Source: an uncultured Micavibrio sp.
GTDB lineage: Bacteria; Pseudomonadota; Alphaproteobacteria; Micavibrionales; UBA2020
Reading direction: 5' to 3'
Assembly (NCBI GenBank): GCA_964534445.1
Contig: CAZHOE010000005.1
Coordinates: 26,969 to 90,968, forward strand
Length of the DNA: 64,000 bases
Positions 31,501 through 41,441 of the stretch are shown in pieces (position 1 is the stretch's first letter; the number at the start of each line of letters is the position of its first letter). Position numbers and translations under genes: made by a program. Below the pieces are notes generated by a model. It had not been told where the DNA came from, did no database searches, and saw only the letters and a program-made list of their open reading frames with translations.

Positions 31501-33358
31501 GAATCCAGATCGTTTGGGCAAAGCCGTGCGGCTTCACCTCATACGGCATTTCGGAGTAAGAGCGCAGCCCCATATTGCCCAGTACCGGCAAGATATCGGA
31601 CAACGGCACAGGCGTGCCGCGGTGATATACCTTCAGACGGAACTCGCCGGGCTCCATATCCTGCAGGCGATAGAAATCGAGACTGATGCTTTTATCTTCA
31701 TGCACCATCTCTTCCAGATGACGCACATCGTGTACGGCGTTATTGATTTGAATGGACTCATGATAAGACGTCGGAAAAGCACGGCCGTAAATAAAGGCCA
31801 GCTCCGCGCCTTTGGTTTTACCATGGGCAGAGACCAATACCTGTTTCAGGCGTTCATCCCATTCGCGGCCCAACTCGATAAGATGCGCTTCGATGGCGGC
31901 TTCGTCATAGCTTGCCGTCGCACCGTCTTCCAGCAATACGGTGAAAAGCACACGCGCCAGCGGACTGTCGTCGAGGTTTGTGAAATAATTGACCACGCGC
32001 CCCTTATAGCCGTTCTCGATAATACGCGCCGCCTGCAAACGGAACTGCGTATTATAACGGTCGCGCGGGACATAGACGAGGCAGGACATATACTGCTTCA
32101 TCGGATCCATATGCGTGAAAAGGGCGATACGCTGTTTGGCCTGCAGACGCAAAATCCCCATAGAAAGCTTTTGAACGTCTTCGGATGTTGCTTGAAAAAG
32201 CTCGTCGCGCGGCATTTTCTCCAGAATATGCTCCAGCGCCTTGAAGTCATGCGAGCCTTTGATAAAGCCGGCATCGCGGATGGTTTCGGCAACTTTCTGG
32301 CGCACGATCGGCACTTCCCCCGTGCGGCAGGAATAGGTACTGGAGGTAAAAAGGCCGACAAACAAATGCATGCCTTCCAGCGTGCCGTCCTTGCCAATGA
32401 TCTTGATGCCGATGGCGTCCATGGGCACGCGGCGATGCACGGCGGAATATTGCTCGATGAGTTTGCTCACCATGATCGGCCAGCGCGTTTGCGACAGCGC
32501 CGCCACTTTGGCATTACTGATGCCCTTGCCAAAACCCAGCATTTGGCCGCGCTTTAAAACCCCCAGATTGCTTTCCGGCAAAAATTCGGAGTGGGTATGC
32601 TTTTTGCGCGACGAGAAACGGTATTCGCGATAACCGAGGAAGGTGAAATTATTGGCACGCAGATACGCCAGAAAATCTTTGGCTTCTTCCACATCCGTCG
32701 CGTCATGCCCGCGGCCGAAGGTTGCGGGTTCGGCCAGAATATCATCGGCTTTTTTCAGCATTTTACGCCAGTCGCTGGTCGCACGGCGCACATCCAGCAA
32801 GGTTTCCTGCAAGGTATCGGCCAGCTTGACGCAGGCATCCGCCGTCAACGTTTGCTCCAGATGCAGATGCACAACCGATTCAGGATGATAACCTTCCGCC
32901 GCCGCCACGCTTTTTGCAGAAGTGACGGAGAGCAGCTTGCCCGCCGCATCGCGCTTCACATTCAAGATCGGATGCAGCAGAAGATCTATCGTCATACCCT
33001 GCCATATCAGTTCAGATGAAATGGAATCGATAATAAAGGGCATGTCATCATTGACGATCTGCACCACTGTGCAGCCTGTATGAAAACCGTCGCGTTTCTT
33101 GTCCGGGTTGAAGACGCGTAGCTCGACGGTTTGCGCTTTACGTTTGTGCGCGAGGCTCTGCATCGATTTGGCAAAAATGGCCAGATCCGCACGCGACCAG
33201 CCGGCCGAATCATCGGATGGAATTTGCGCGAGGAAAACATCCGCAAAACTGCCGCTGCCACCGCCCTTGTTCGCCGCTTTTTTCGGCGCGGCCTTGACCG
33301 TTTTGACAGTTGCGGTAGCGTTTGTTTTGGCGGGCGTTTTTTTGCGGGCTTTGGACAT
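28511..33358 (-). CDS. Large NAD-specific glutamate dehydrogenase (GdhB/GdhZ type)
   Basis: ~1615 aa; ARGGIRWSDR, KNTVIVPVGAKGGF, VAADKGTATFSD, DNSAGVDCSDHEVNIK. Confidence 0.96.
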   Translation of the reverse strand: MSKARKKTPAKTNATATVKTVKAAPKKAANKGGGSGSFADVFLAQIPSDDSAGWSRADLAIFAKSMQSLAHKRKAQTVELRVFNPDKKRDGFHTGCTVVQIVNDDMPFIIDSISSELIWQGMTIDLLLHPILNVKRDAAGKLLSVTSAKSVAAAEGYHPESVVHLHLEQTLTADACVKLADTLQETLLDVRRATSDWRKMLKKADDILAEPATFGRGHDATDVEEAKDFLAYLRANNFTFLGYREYRFSSRKKHTHSEFLPESNLGVLKRGQMLGFGKGISNAKVAALSQTRWPIMVSKLIEQYSAVHRRVPMDAIGIKIIGKDGTLEGMHLFVGLFTSSTYSCRTGEVPIVRQKVAETIRDAGFIKGSHDFKALEHILEKMPRDELFQATSEDVQKLSMGILRLQAKQRIALFTHMDPMKQYMSCLVYVPRDRYNTQFRLQAARIIENGYKGRVVNYFTNLDDSPLARVLFTVLLEDGATASYDEAAIEAHLIELGREWDERLKQVLVSAHGKTKGAELAFIYGRAFPTSYHESIQINNAVHDVRHLEEMVHEDKSISLDFYRLQDMEPGEFRLKVYHRGTPVPLSDILPVLGNMGLRSYSEMPYEVKPHGFAQTIWIHDFELKGPPHINLEKVKENVEETFLKVWDNAAENDGLNALSLGANLTWREIVILRTFTGYMRQARFPFSRLYMEQVLNAYPAISCALVDLFKAMHDPKGGAQAGSKRKKAAQSILDLLQDVQKLDQDRIIRSFKMLIENTLRTNYFQTAADGTHKPCLAVKLDSGKIDGLPLPRPHVEIYVYSRRVEAVHLRGGEIARGGIRWSDRHDDFRTEVLGLMKSQMVKNTVIVPVGAKGGFIVKQPPMTGGREAFQQEGIDCYKLFVQSLLDITDNNVKGKIVRPQDVVCYDGIDPYLVVAADKGTATFSDIANDLSVKAGFWLQDAFASGGSAGYDHKKMGITARGGWESVKRHFREMGKDIQKEPFTVVGVGDMGGDVFGNALLLSKQIKMQFAFNHVHIFCDPDPDTAKSYAERSRMFKARGGWDTYDTSVLSAGGAVYDRSAKSIKVSSQVKKLLGLGSDTLPPDELIRAILHYEAELLWFGGIGTFIKSSRQSHADADDKSNDALRVDARDIRAKVIGEGANLGVTQLARVEYAQYGGRINTDFIDNSAGVDCSDHEVNIKILLSDVMVRRKMSLVARNKLLEKMTEDVAALVLRDNYQQTQSLSLQELHAKDDINLHAELVRDLEKAGLIKRQLEGLPDAESFKRLSRDGVGLTRPEMAILTSYAKMTLYTQILASDIPDAPVMEQLLFDYFPKALHKYDLEIRAHKLRREIIATQVVNELVNRMGPVFVASRMAKTGERAEEVIKAFLIVMAAYGLPSVWEKIEALDNRVPAPVQLSALYEVFKVVKRAVTWFLRFGGDNLDVKAEVEAFRPGIDALRKSIRKMVPDDVKASIVLTESKLIEAGMPAAIANEIVVIKLLSSASDIVNISRKSHDPVDEISAAYFVVGEHLGLDWLRNQVAGIVPINAWQARVMGGLMDDYFIHQAAITAAIFSSVSQKTRVDRKVVGIWFEKHMEMVSKINQLVDELREQPKVELEMLVLASQRIGQLVHVVN

Positions 33359-33450
33359 GGTTTCCTGCTTTGCTTTATTTGAAAACGCGGAATGACTCCG
33401 CGTGCGGATCATAGCCTAAACCTGCCATAGACGCCACCGAAGCAGTGCAA

Positions 33451-33487
33451 CAAAAAACGCCCGGAAAGTTTTCCCGGGCGTTTTTTG
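33451..33487. terminator. Bidirectional-type terminator after ahpC
   Basis: CAAAAAACGCCCGG...CCGGGCGTTTTTTG. Confidence 0.8.
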
Positions 33488-33512
33488 CGTTTCTGTAAAA
33501 ACAGGCGGACGA

Positions 33513-34052
33513 TTAGGCCGCTTTCAGCGTTTCGTCGCCTTTGTTCCAGTTGCACTGGCACAGTTCATCCGTTTGCAGCGCATCGAGCATGCGCATGACT
33601 TCGTCAACGTTACGGCCGACTTTCAGGTCGTTCACGGAAACGTGGCGGATCATGCCTTCGGGATCCACGATAAAGGTTGCGCGGTTGCAAACGCCGGCAT
33701 CGTCGTTCAGGATGCCCAGCGCGGTGGACAGTTCGCGCTTGATGTCGGACAGCATGGGGAACGGCAGATCGTTCAGATCGGCATGGTTTTGGCGCCATGC
33801 CAGATGAACATAATCAGAGTCGGTGCTGAGACCCAGAACCTGCGTATCGCGGTCTGCGAAGTCGCGGTTCAATTTACCAAAAGCGGCAATTTCGGTCGGG
33901 CATACGAAAGTGAAATCTTTCGGCCAGGCGAAAAGAACCAGCCACTTGCCTTTGTAAGTGTTGTTGCTGATGGTTTCAAAAGCGGTTTTGGGGTCGGAAG
34001 AGACAACGCCCGTCAGGCTGAATTCGGGAAGTTTTTGACCGATGGTAAGCAT
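33513..34052 (-). CDS. ahpC: Peroxiredoxin AhpC
   Basis: PKDFTFVCPTE, GRNVDE, DELCQCNW. Confidence 0.93.
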   Translation of the reverse strand: MLTIGQKLPEFSLTGVVSSDPKTAFETISNNTYKGKWLVLFAWPKDFTFVCPTEIAAFGKLNRDFADRDTQVLGLSTDSDYVHLAWRQNHADLNDLPFPMLSDIKRELSTALGILNDDAGVCNRATFIVDPEGMIRHVSVNDLKVGRNVDEVMRMLDALQTDELCQCNWNKGDETLKAA

Positions 34053-34186
34053 AGGTTTGCACCCTTTCTTTATCTGGAAGGTTATTCGTTGCGACAGATC
34101 GCGTGACGCCCAAAAGATGATCTTTTACCTGTGTTTTGTCAAGATTTCCCCTTGGCCGGAAAAACAGGCCTTTTACCGAAAATCCA

Positions 34187-34216
34187 TTAAAAAAGCGGCC
34201 TTAGCCGCTTTTTTAA
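34187..34216. terminator. Terminator after TerD gene
   Basis: TTAAAAAAGCGGC-CTTA-GCCGCTTTTTTAA. Confidence 0.8.
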
Positions 34217-34282
34217 TCAGAAAAAAGTATGAATACCCACGGCACAATAGATTGCCGTTATCGGTAAACGGGGCGCTTTATG

Positions 34283-35011
34283 TCAGGGCGCCGCCACATT
34301 CACACCAAACTCGCGGGCGATCTTGTAAAGAGCACCGCTGGAACTCGTGCCCAGCGCGCGGAATTTCCACGTTGCGCCATCGCGTTCCAGCTCGCCAAAA
34401 ATGATCGCATTATCTTCAGAGGCATCTTCGGTCAGATCAAAATGCGCAACCTCGGTATCCGTGTCCTTGTTGAGGATACGGATATAGGCATTTTTGACGA
34501 TACCGAAAGTCTGCTGGCGTTCCTCCGCATTGTGGATCGTGACGGAAAAAGCGATTTTTTCCACATCAAAGCCCATAGCGTCGAGATCGATTTCAATGAC
34601 TTCGTCATCGCCCTCGGCATCACCTTCAGTACTGTCCCCTGTGTGCTTGATCGCGCCTTCGTCGGTTTCGAGGTTGTTGTAAAAAATGAAATCCGTGTCA
34701 CGGCGCACGCGGCCGTTCATGTTCAGAATAAAAGCGGAAAGGTCGATATCGACAGGAAAGCCTTCTTTCTCCGCCGGCGCCTCCCAGCCCACGCCGATCC
34801 GGACACGTTTCATAGAAGCGTCGAGACTCTCGAGCGAAACCTCGTCTCCCTTTTGCATCATGGATATCTGGCCGAAAGACTTTTTCAGAGCTCTTTCAGG
34901 TAAGGCCTCTTCCGAGGCCGGCGGCACTTCAGGTGTCGGCCGCGCCATATCTTCGGGCGCATCTGCATCCGGTATCGGCGGCGGGAAATTTTGATCGTTG
35001 TCAGATGTCAT
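34283..35011 (-). CDS. TerD family protein with Pro/acidic N-terminal extension
   Basis: GVGW, DIDLSAF, FIFYNN, HTGD..EG..EGDDE, WKFRALG. Confidence 0.92.
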   Translation of the reverse strand: MTSDNDQNFPPPIPDADAPEDMARPTPEVPPASEEALPERALKKSFGQISMMQKGDEVSLESLDASMKRVRIGVGWEAPAEKEGFPVDIDLSAFILNMNGRVRRDTDFIFYNNLETDEGAIKHTGDSTEGDAEGDDEVIEIDLDAMGFDVEKIAFSVTIHNAEERQQTFGIVKNAYIRILNKDTDTEVAHFDLTEDASEDNAIIFGELERDGATWKFRALGTSSSGALYKIAREFGVNVAAP

Positions 35012-35044
35012 CGGATAACCCTGATCCTTCCGTTATCTTGTCTG

Positions 35045-36025
35045 TCAAACCTTGGTGCCGAGGCGCAGCGCTTGCATAAGCTCTTGCATGTCTGCCGGCA
35101 GATCGGCACGTAATGATATTCTATTTTCGCTGATCGGGTGAATAAATTCAAGCTGCGCGGCATGCAGCGCCTGACGTGGAAAATTCAGCATGATCCGCGA
35201 CAGGTCCTCCGACACCTTGTGTTGTTTCAAAAAACGTGTCGGCGACGATTTCCCGTAAGTGGGGTCGCCGATCAACGGATAGCCGATATGCGCCATATGC
35301 ACGCGGATCTGGTGCGTGCGTCCCGTTTGCAGCCGACATTCGACCAGCCCCGCGAGAATACCGAAAGCCTCCAAGACCTGATATTCAGTAATCGCCTCTT
35401 TACCGCCACTTTCCAGAACTGCCATTTTTTTACGATTGCTGCGGCTGCGGCCGATTTGCGTTTCAATGACGCCGCGCGCCGGGGACGGTAAAGACCAGAC
35501 CAGCGCGTGATAAACCCTCTTCAGCGTACGGGTGGAGAGCTGTTCGGACAGCCCCTGGTGCGCCTTGTCGTTTTTGGCCGCTACCATCAGACCCGATGTT
35601 TCCTTGTCCAGCCTGTGTACAATCCCCGGGCGTTTCACCCCGCCGATCCCCGACAGATTATCACCGCAATGCGCCAAAAGAGCGTTCACCAGTGTCCCGT
35701 CGAGGTTTCCGGCCGCAGGGTGCACGACCATATCCGGCGCCTTGTTAATCACGATCAAGTCGTCGTCTTCGTACACAACATCCAGCGCGATATCCTGTGC
35801 CAGCGGCTGCGCGGCGACCGGCGGGGGAATGATGACAATAAACTCCTCCCCCGCGTGGACCTTACGTGAACTGTCGGTCACAGGGGAATCGCCTTGCCGG
35901 ACGTTTCCCTGCGCGATCAGCGCCTGCAGCCGCGCGCGGGACATATCGGCAATATGCCCGGCCAGCGTTTTATCGAGCCGCTGGCCGCTGTCCTGATCCA
36001 ATGCTTTGACCGTTATCGTTTCCAT
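35045..36025 (-). CDS. rluD: 23S rRNA pseudouridine synthase D
   Basis: S4 domain, VVHPAAG, GIVHRLDKETSG, TGRTHQIRVH, QALHA. Confidence 0.92.
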   Translation of the reverse strand: METITVKALDQDSGQRLDKTLAGHIADMSRARLQALIAQGNVRQGDSPVTDSSRKVHAGEEFIVIIPPPVAAQPLAQDIALDVVYEDDDLIVINKAPDMVVHPAAGNLDGTLVNALLAHCGDNLSGIGGVKRPGIVHRLDKETSGLMVAAKNDKAHQGLSEQLSTRTLKRVYHALVWSLPSPARGVIETQIGRSRSNRKKMAVLESGGKEAITEYQVLEAFGILAGLVECRLQTGRTHQIRVHMAHIGYPLIGDPTYGKSSPTRFLKQHKVSEDLSRIMLNFPRQALHAAQLEFIHPISENRISLRADLPADMQELMQALRLGTKV

Positions 36026-36059
36026 GCTATGAATATACGCGAAACAAAGGAGTAAAGCC

Positions 36060-36503
36060 ATGAAGGGATTGAAAAGCGCCGTTGCCATTATGTCCATTCT
36101 GATCGTTTTGGCGCTGTGCCTTCTCGGCTATGGCATATATAAGCGCTTTGGCGGCGGCACGACTCCGCAGGAGCTGGCAGAAGAAGGCCAGCGCGTTGTC
36201 GCCCAGCGTGAAGCCGCCGAACAGAACGCGCCCCCCACCTTAATGCTCAACGATATAGAAGTCGTCGTCGCCCCAGCGCCGCAAGGCCTTAAAAATATTA
36301 CCCTGCCGCCGCGCAGTACGATCCGCCAGATGATGCCGTATAAAAACGGTGTCGCCCTGCATGTGCGCACCACAAAAGGCGAATATATTTTCTACATCAA
36401 TACCGTCACCGCAAAAATGGAAGGCGCGCTGAAAATCAATTATGCCTCCATCAACAACTTGTCCACCAAACCGGCACAGCCGCCGCAGCAGCCGCGCAAG
36501 TAA
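36060..36503 (+). CDS. Hypothetical single-pass membrane protein
   Basis: MKGLKSAVAIMSILIVL.. TM; AGGAG RBS; divergent from rluD. Confidence 0.75.
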   Translation: MKGLKSAVAIMSILIVLALCLLGYGIYKRFGGGTTPQELAEEGQRVVAQREAAEQNAPPTLMLNDIEVVVAPAPQGLKNITLPPRSTIRQMMPYKNGVALHVRTTKGEYIFYINTVTAKMEGALKINYASINNLSTKPAQPPQQPRK

Positions 36504-36514
36504 TCAAAGCGCGC

Positions 36515-36853
36515 ATGGTTATGCTTCCCTTTGAACCGCACCCGGACGGCCTGCGCATTTATCTGCGCGTAACGCCGGGCGCCTCACGCGCGGCGATCGC
36601 CGGGCTTCAGCCCGATGCGGATGCCAAAATACGTTTAAAAGTAAGCGTCACGACCATTGCCGAGGGCGGAAAGGCGAATAAGGCCGTTATCGCCCTGCTC
36701 GCCAAAACATGGCGTCTGCCAAAATCTTCCTTCACATTGATATCGGGCGACACCCACAGACTAAAAACGATTTTGCTGTCCGGTGACGGTGATGTGCTTT
36801 TGCAAAACCTTACGGCGTGGCTGGCATCTGCGGGGCTTTCAGCGTCGACTTGA
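36515..36853 (+). CDS. DUF167/YggU family protein
   Basis: RVTPGASR, GKANKAVIALLAK, SGDTHRLK. Confidence 0.88.
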   Translation: MVMLPFEPHPDGLRIYLRVTPGASRAAIAGLQPDADAKIRLKVSVTTIAEGGKANKAVIALLAKTWRLPKSSFTLISGDTHRLKTILLSGDGDVLLQNLTAWLASAGLSAST

Positions 36854-37451
36854 TTTTTTCAAACACATCGCCCTTCGTCCATTCGCGCGGCCCCATAAAG
36901 ACTTCCAGCACCTTGCCGTCACGGTCGATCAGGTAACTGGCGGGCAGTGCCTCATAGGCCCATTTGCGGGAAATTTCGCGGTCGGTATCAATATAAAGAT
37001 CCATCTGTTCGACATTGCGCGCCTCCAGAAAGGCCGCAACCTCGGCAACCGGTTTGCGGTCCATCGAAATGGCCACAACCTTCAGCCCCGCATCACGTAA
37101 TTTCGCCTGCAGCAAATCCAGTGACGGCAGCTCCGCAATACACGGCGGACACCATGTGGCCCAGAGATTCACCAGTAGCACCTGCCCTTTGAAATCCGCC
37201 AGCGTGACGGCATTCCCGGCGGCATCGTAAAAGATCACAGGGGCAAGATCAGCCGATGCCGTGGCTTCTTTGCCGGCCGACGTCTGCACGGGCGGAATTT
37301 CCAGCGACGCTTCGGGCGCTTTTTTTGTCTCTATTTCCATATTTTTAGTGTCTGAAGGCTGTATATTCGCTAAAATAGTGTAAGATAACAAGGCCGCGCC
37401 GATCATGGCGCCAAGCATCAGCAAAATACGGGTTTTCGGTGTCAGCGGCAT
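36810..37451 (-). CDS. tlpA: TlpA-family thiol:disulfide oxidoreductase
   Basis: TM anchor, NLWATWCPPC. Confidence 0.88.
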   Translation of the reverse strand: MPLTPKTRILLMLGAMIGAALLSYTILANIQPSDTKNMEIETKKAPEASLEIPPVQTSAGKEATASADLAPVIFYDAAGNAVTLADFKGQVLLVNLWATWCPPCIAELPSLDLLQAKLRDAGLKVVAISMDRKPVAEVAAFLEARNVEQMDLYIDTDREISRKWAYEALPASYLIDRDGKVLEVFMGPREWTKGDVFEKIKSTLKAPQMPATP

Positions 37452-37513
37452 GGCTGCTTTCCACTTCCTGTTTTTTGAAAGAATAAACGTTGCGGCAGTA
37501 TAGAGAGCACTTC

Positions 37514-37723
37514 ATGAGATTAACAGTTTTTTCGGATCGCCCACGCCGCGCCCTGCAGCTTTTCTGCATAGTGTGCCTGCTCAGCCTGATGACGGCTCCC
37601 CTTGGGGGCTGCGGCATCAAACCGAGCCAAGTGGATCCGCCGCAGGGGGAGAAAAATGATGACTTCCCCCGCACCTATCCCAACCCCGATTACGACCCGG
37701 CACCTGAAAGGCTGATCCGCTGA
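37514..37723 (+). CDS. Small lipoprotein (LptM/LppL-like)
   Basis: Lipobox LGGCGIK; coupled to lysA by TGATG. Confidence 0.75.
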   Translation: MRLTVFSDRPRRALQLFCIVCLLSLMTAPLGGCGIKPSQVDPPQGEKNDDFPRTYPNPDYDPAPERLIR

Positions 37724-38988
37724 TGCAAACACCACACTACACGCGCAATACCCTCCAGATGGAAGGGGTCGCCCTTGAAAAGATCGCCGAAAAATACGGC
37801 ACGCCTGTTTACTGCTATTCTGCACAGCAGATCACGGATAACTACAACGCCTATCGCGATGCCTTTGCGCACGTCACGGATTTGAAAAACGTCACCATCT
37901 GTTATGCCTGCAAGGCCAATAGCAATGTGGCCGTGATGCGCCTGCTCGGCAAGCTGGGTGCCGGTGCGGATATCGTTTCGGGCGGGGAGCTTGCGCGCGC
38001 CCTCGCTGCCAAAATTCCGGCGAAGAAAATCGTTTTCTCCGGTGTCGGCAAATCGGCAGAGGAGCTGGAAACCGCGATTAAAAAAGGCCTCTTCCAGATC
38101 AACGTGGAATCGGAGAAAGAACTTGTCCTGATCGACAAGATTTCCACGAAGCTGAAAAAAGTCACCAGCGTTGCCATTCGCGTGAACCCGAACGTGGATG
38201 CCAAAACCCACGCCAAGATCACGACCGGTAAAAAAGAAAACAAATTCGGCATCGACATCGATAAAGCGCCGGCGCTGTATAAAAAAGCGCTGAAGATGAA
38301 AGGCGTCGCCGCCATCGGTGTGGCCGTGCATATCGGATCGCAACTGACAACCCTAGCCCCCTTCGAGCGCGCGTATCAGCGCGTTGCCGCGCTGGTCAAA
38401 ACCTTGCGCCAACAGGGCAATACCATTACCCGTGTCGATCTCGGTGGCGGGCTGGGCATTACGTACAAAGACGAAACACCGCCGGATCTGACCTTTTACG
38501 CCTTGATGGTGCGTGATGTCATTATGCCGCTCAACGTGCATATCGTGCTGGAGCCCGGCCGTTCCATCGTCGGCAATGCCGGCGTCTTGCTGACCCGTGT
38601 GCGCCATGTAAAGGAAGGACGCGATAAAAAATTCCTGATCCTTGACGCCGCGATGAACGATTTGATGCGCCCTGCACTCTATGACGCCTATCACGCCGTG
38701 CTGCCGCTCAGGAAAAAATCGGGTCTGGTCACCTATGATGTTGTCGGCCCCGTTTGCGAAACGGGTGATACCTTCCTGACCGGCGAAAAACTGCCGCCGA
38801 TGCAGGCAGGAGATCTCGCCGCTATCATGTCAAGCGGGGCTTATGGCGCGGTCATGTCATCGACCTATAACACCCGCCCGCTGGCGCCGGAGGTATTGGT
38901 ACACGGCAAGACATTCACGCTGATCCGCCGCGTGCAAACCGTCAAGGACCTTATCGCACAAGATATTGTGCCGGACTGGATGGATTGA
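37723..38988 (+). CDS. lysA: Diaminopimelate decarboxylase
   Basis: YACKANSN, HIGSQ, EPGR, GPVCETGD, GAYG. Confidence 0.96.
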   Translation: MQTPHYTRNTLQMEGVALEKIAEKYGTPVYCYSAQQITDNYNAYRDAFAHVTDLKNVTICYACKANSNVAVMRLLGKLGAGADIVSGGELARALAAKIPAKKIVFSGVGKSAEELETAIKKGLFQINVESEKELVLIDKISTKLKKVTSVAIRVNPNVDAKTHAKITTGKKENKFGIDIDKAPALYKKALKMKGVAAIGVAVHIGSQLTTLAPFERAYQRVAALVKTLRQQGNTITRVDLGGGLGITYKDETPPDLTFYALMVRDVIMPLNVHIVLEPGRSIVGNAGVLLTRVRHVKEGRDKKFLILDAAMNDLMRPALYDAYHAVLPLRKKSGLVTYDVVGPVCETGDTFLTGEKLPPMQAGDLAAIMSSGAYGAVMSSTYNTRPLAPEVLVHGKTFTLIRRVQTVKDLIAQDIVPDWMD

Positions 38989-41420
38989 TGCAAAAGCTGA
39001 AGCGACAACTGGCCTATTTCTGCACACTGGGGGGAAGCTTTTTCACCCTGCTGCTGGAGCGCCTGTGGAACAGCTTCTGGCCGCTGATCACGATCATTGC
39101 CTTTTACGCCGGTTTGTCGCTGACACAGGTCGTGCTGATGTTCGGCAATGCCGCACATATTGTTTTCCTCGGCATATTTACGGCAGCCGCCGTATTTGCG
39201 GGGCTTTACCTTGGCTCCCCCTTCCGACTGCCGCGCCGCAACGAGGTAGAGCGCCGCATCGAGCTGGAAAGCAGCCTGCGCCACCGCCCGCTGGACATGA
39301 TGCACGACCAGCCTATTAGCGGCACCAGCGCGGCCGCCGAAAAGCTGTTTAATCGCGAAAAAGAAGCGCGCAAAAAAGACTGGGATAAACTAAAAATATG
39401 GCGTCCCCGCTCCGATGCGCCGCTGCGCGACCGCTTTGCGCTGCGCCATGCGGCGCTGCTTTTTTTGATCATCGGCCTTGTGATGGCGCAGCAGGATATC
39501 TGGTATCGTCTGTCGCAGGGGCTGCGGCCGCATATTGCCATTACACTGCCGGGCGCGCCCGTTTCTCTTGATATCTGGGCGCAGCCGCCGGGGTATACGG
39601 GCAAAGCACCCGTTTTTCTGGCGACCGCACAGCTGGGCCGTACGACGGAAAGCGCGGCAAAAGTGCCCGTGGGCAGTTTGCTCAAAATCCGTATTGGCGG
39701 CACCGCCTCAACGCCCAAACTGACCTACGCGGGTCAAGAATATGCCTTTACGCAAGCCGCAGATAAAAGCTTTACGCTTGAAATTCCTCTCATGGAAAGC
39801 GGCACGGCAGATATCAAATTGGGCTGGTTCAGAAAGCTCGGCCAATGGCCGATCGAGATTACGCCGGATACGCCGCCTGCGGTTTCCCTGCTGCTGGTCA
39901 CGCCGACGGAGCGTGCGGGAACGAAAATCATTTTCGATGCGCGGGATGATTACGGCGTCAAAAGCCTGTCCGCCACCATCACGCCTGTCGCAGACACCGG
40001 ATCGGATCCGTGGCAGGAAACGCTCTATATGGATGTACCCTTCATCCGCAATGCGACAACGGATAACCAGAACCATACCCTCCAGCTGGCGCGCCATCCG
40101 ATGGCAGGGTCTGCCGTGCGCATGACCCTGACGGCGGAAGATGACGCCGGCAATATCAGCGTCAGCAAACCCGAATATTTCGTCCTGCCGGAACGCAAGT
40201 TTGAAAACCCGACCGCCGCGCGCTTGAATTTCGAGCGCAAGCGTCTCACCTATTTCAACAACGGCATTTCACGCAAGCTATCGGCACAAACACTGGCGGA
40301 CATCGCCAACCGCCCGCATTTCTTTGACGGCGATCACATCATCTTTTTAGGGCTGGTCATCGCCGTGAAACGTCTGGGGTATGACGGTGATCCGGAATCC
40401 GTGCATTCTGTCCGCGAGTTGTTGTGGGATCTGGCCTTGCGTGTCGAGGAAGGCGGGCTTGCGCAGGCACGCGACGAGCTGACCGAAGCCTTGCAAAAAA
40501 TGTCGCAAGCGCTGAATAATCCCGATGCAAGCGAAGAAGAACTGCAGCAGGTCATGCAGGAGGTCGCGGAAAAAATGCGTGCCTATATGCAGGCGCTGGC
40601 CAACCAGATGCGCCAGATGGCCGAGCAGCAAATGAAAGACGGCGAGCAGCTCTCCCCCGAACTGTCGCAACGCATTATGCAGCAAATGGATATGGACGCC
40701 CTGATGCAGCAGATGCAGAACATGACGGATGAAGACGCGCGCCGCCAAATGCAGGACCTGATGGAACAACTGCGCCGCGCGGTGGAAAATGCCACGCCCG
40801 AGGAAATCCTCGAAATGCAGCAGCGGCAGGCCAAAGCGACCAAAGCGATGAATGATTTACAAAAAGTCATTCACGCACAGCAAGAGCTGGTCGACCAGGC
40901 GAATAAATCAGACGGCGCCAAAGAAGACTTGCAGGAAATGGGGGACAAGGAAGGCAGTCTGCGCCAGCAGCTTGACCAGATCACGCAGGATCTGGGTCAG
41001 GGCATGCCCGTACCCGAAAGCCTTGGCGAAGCCGGTGATCTGATGGAACAGGCGCAGCAAGCCTTTGATGGAGGCAATCTGCAAGAGGGCGGCAAACTTG
41101 CCAAAGCCGCGCTGGATAAACTGCAGGAAGGCATGGATCAAGCCGTGCAATTCATGGCCGAGCAGATGAAGCAGATCATGATATCTTTCGGCGGCGGACG
41201 CGGACAGGGTCAGCAAGGACAGCAAGGCGAATGCTCGCCGGAAGAGCGTGACCCGCTCGGCAACTGTCCCGGTAAATCCGGCACAGGCACCGTTAAAATT
41301 CCGGATGAAAAGGAGCGCCGCCGTGTACAGGAGATCATCCGTGAATTGCGTGGCCGCTCCAACAACTGGGAACGCCCGCGGATCGAGCGCGAATACATCG
41401 ACCGCCTGCTGAATAATTAA
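38988..41420 (+). CDS. TIGR02302/DUF4175 family protein
   Basis: HRPL, WAQPPGYTGKAP, Q/M-rich coiled coil, RDPLG, EREYIDRLL; usual neighbour of lysA. Confidence 0.85.
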   Translation: MQKLKRQLAYFCTLGGSFFTLLLERLWNSFWPLITIIAFYAGLSLTQVVLMFGNAAHIVFLGIFTAAAVFAGLYLGSPFRLPRRNEVERRIELESSLRHRPLDMMHDQPISGTSAAAEKLFNREKEARKKDWDKLKIWRPRSDAPLRDRFALRHAALLFLIIGLVMAQQDIWYRLSQGLRPHIAITLPGAPVSLDIWAQPPGYTGKAPVFLATAQLGRTTESAAKVPVGSLLKIRIGGTASTPKLTYAGQEYAFTQAADKSFTLEIPLMESGTADIKLGWFRKLGQWPIEITPDTPPAVSLLLVTPTERAGTKIIFDARDDYGVKSLSATITPVADTGSDPWQETLYMDVPFIRNATTDNQNHTLQLARHPMAGSAVRMTLTAEDDAGNISVSKPEYFVLPERKFENPTAARLNFERKRLTYFNNGISRKLSAQTLADIANRPHFFDGDHIIFLGLVIAVKRLGYDGDPESVHSVRELLWDLALRVEEGGLAQARDELTEALQKMSQALNNPDASEEELQQVMQEVAEKMRAYMQALANQMRQMAEQQMKDGEQLSPELSQRIMQQMDMDALMQQMQNMTDEDARRQMQDLMEQLRRAVENATPEEILEMQQRQAKATKAMNDLQKVIHAQQELVDQANKSDGAKEDLQEMGDKEGSLRQQLDQITQDLGQGMPVPESLGEAGDLMEQAQQAFDGGNLQEGGKLAKAALDKLQEGMDQAVQFMAEQMKQIMISFGGGRGQGQQGQQGECSPEERDPLGNCPGKSGTGTVKIPDEKERRRVQEIIRELRGRSNNWERPRIEREYIDRLLNN

Positions 41421-41441
41421 TCCGACACAGAAAAAACTTTA

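Noticed and set aside
28826-32557. Long + strand ORFs (386, 206 and 541 aa)
   Set aside because: Antisense to glutamate dehydrogenase; codon-bias artefacts
34283-35011. Tellurite-resistance (ter) operon or defence island
   Set aside because: Single TerD ~26 kb from a single TerC; no terZAB genes
40490-41230. Q/M-rich repetitive sequence as a repeat array
   Set aside because: Normal coiled-coil region of DUF4175 proteins
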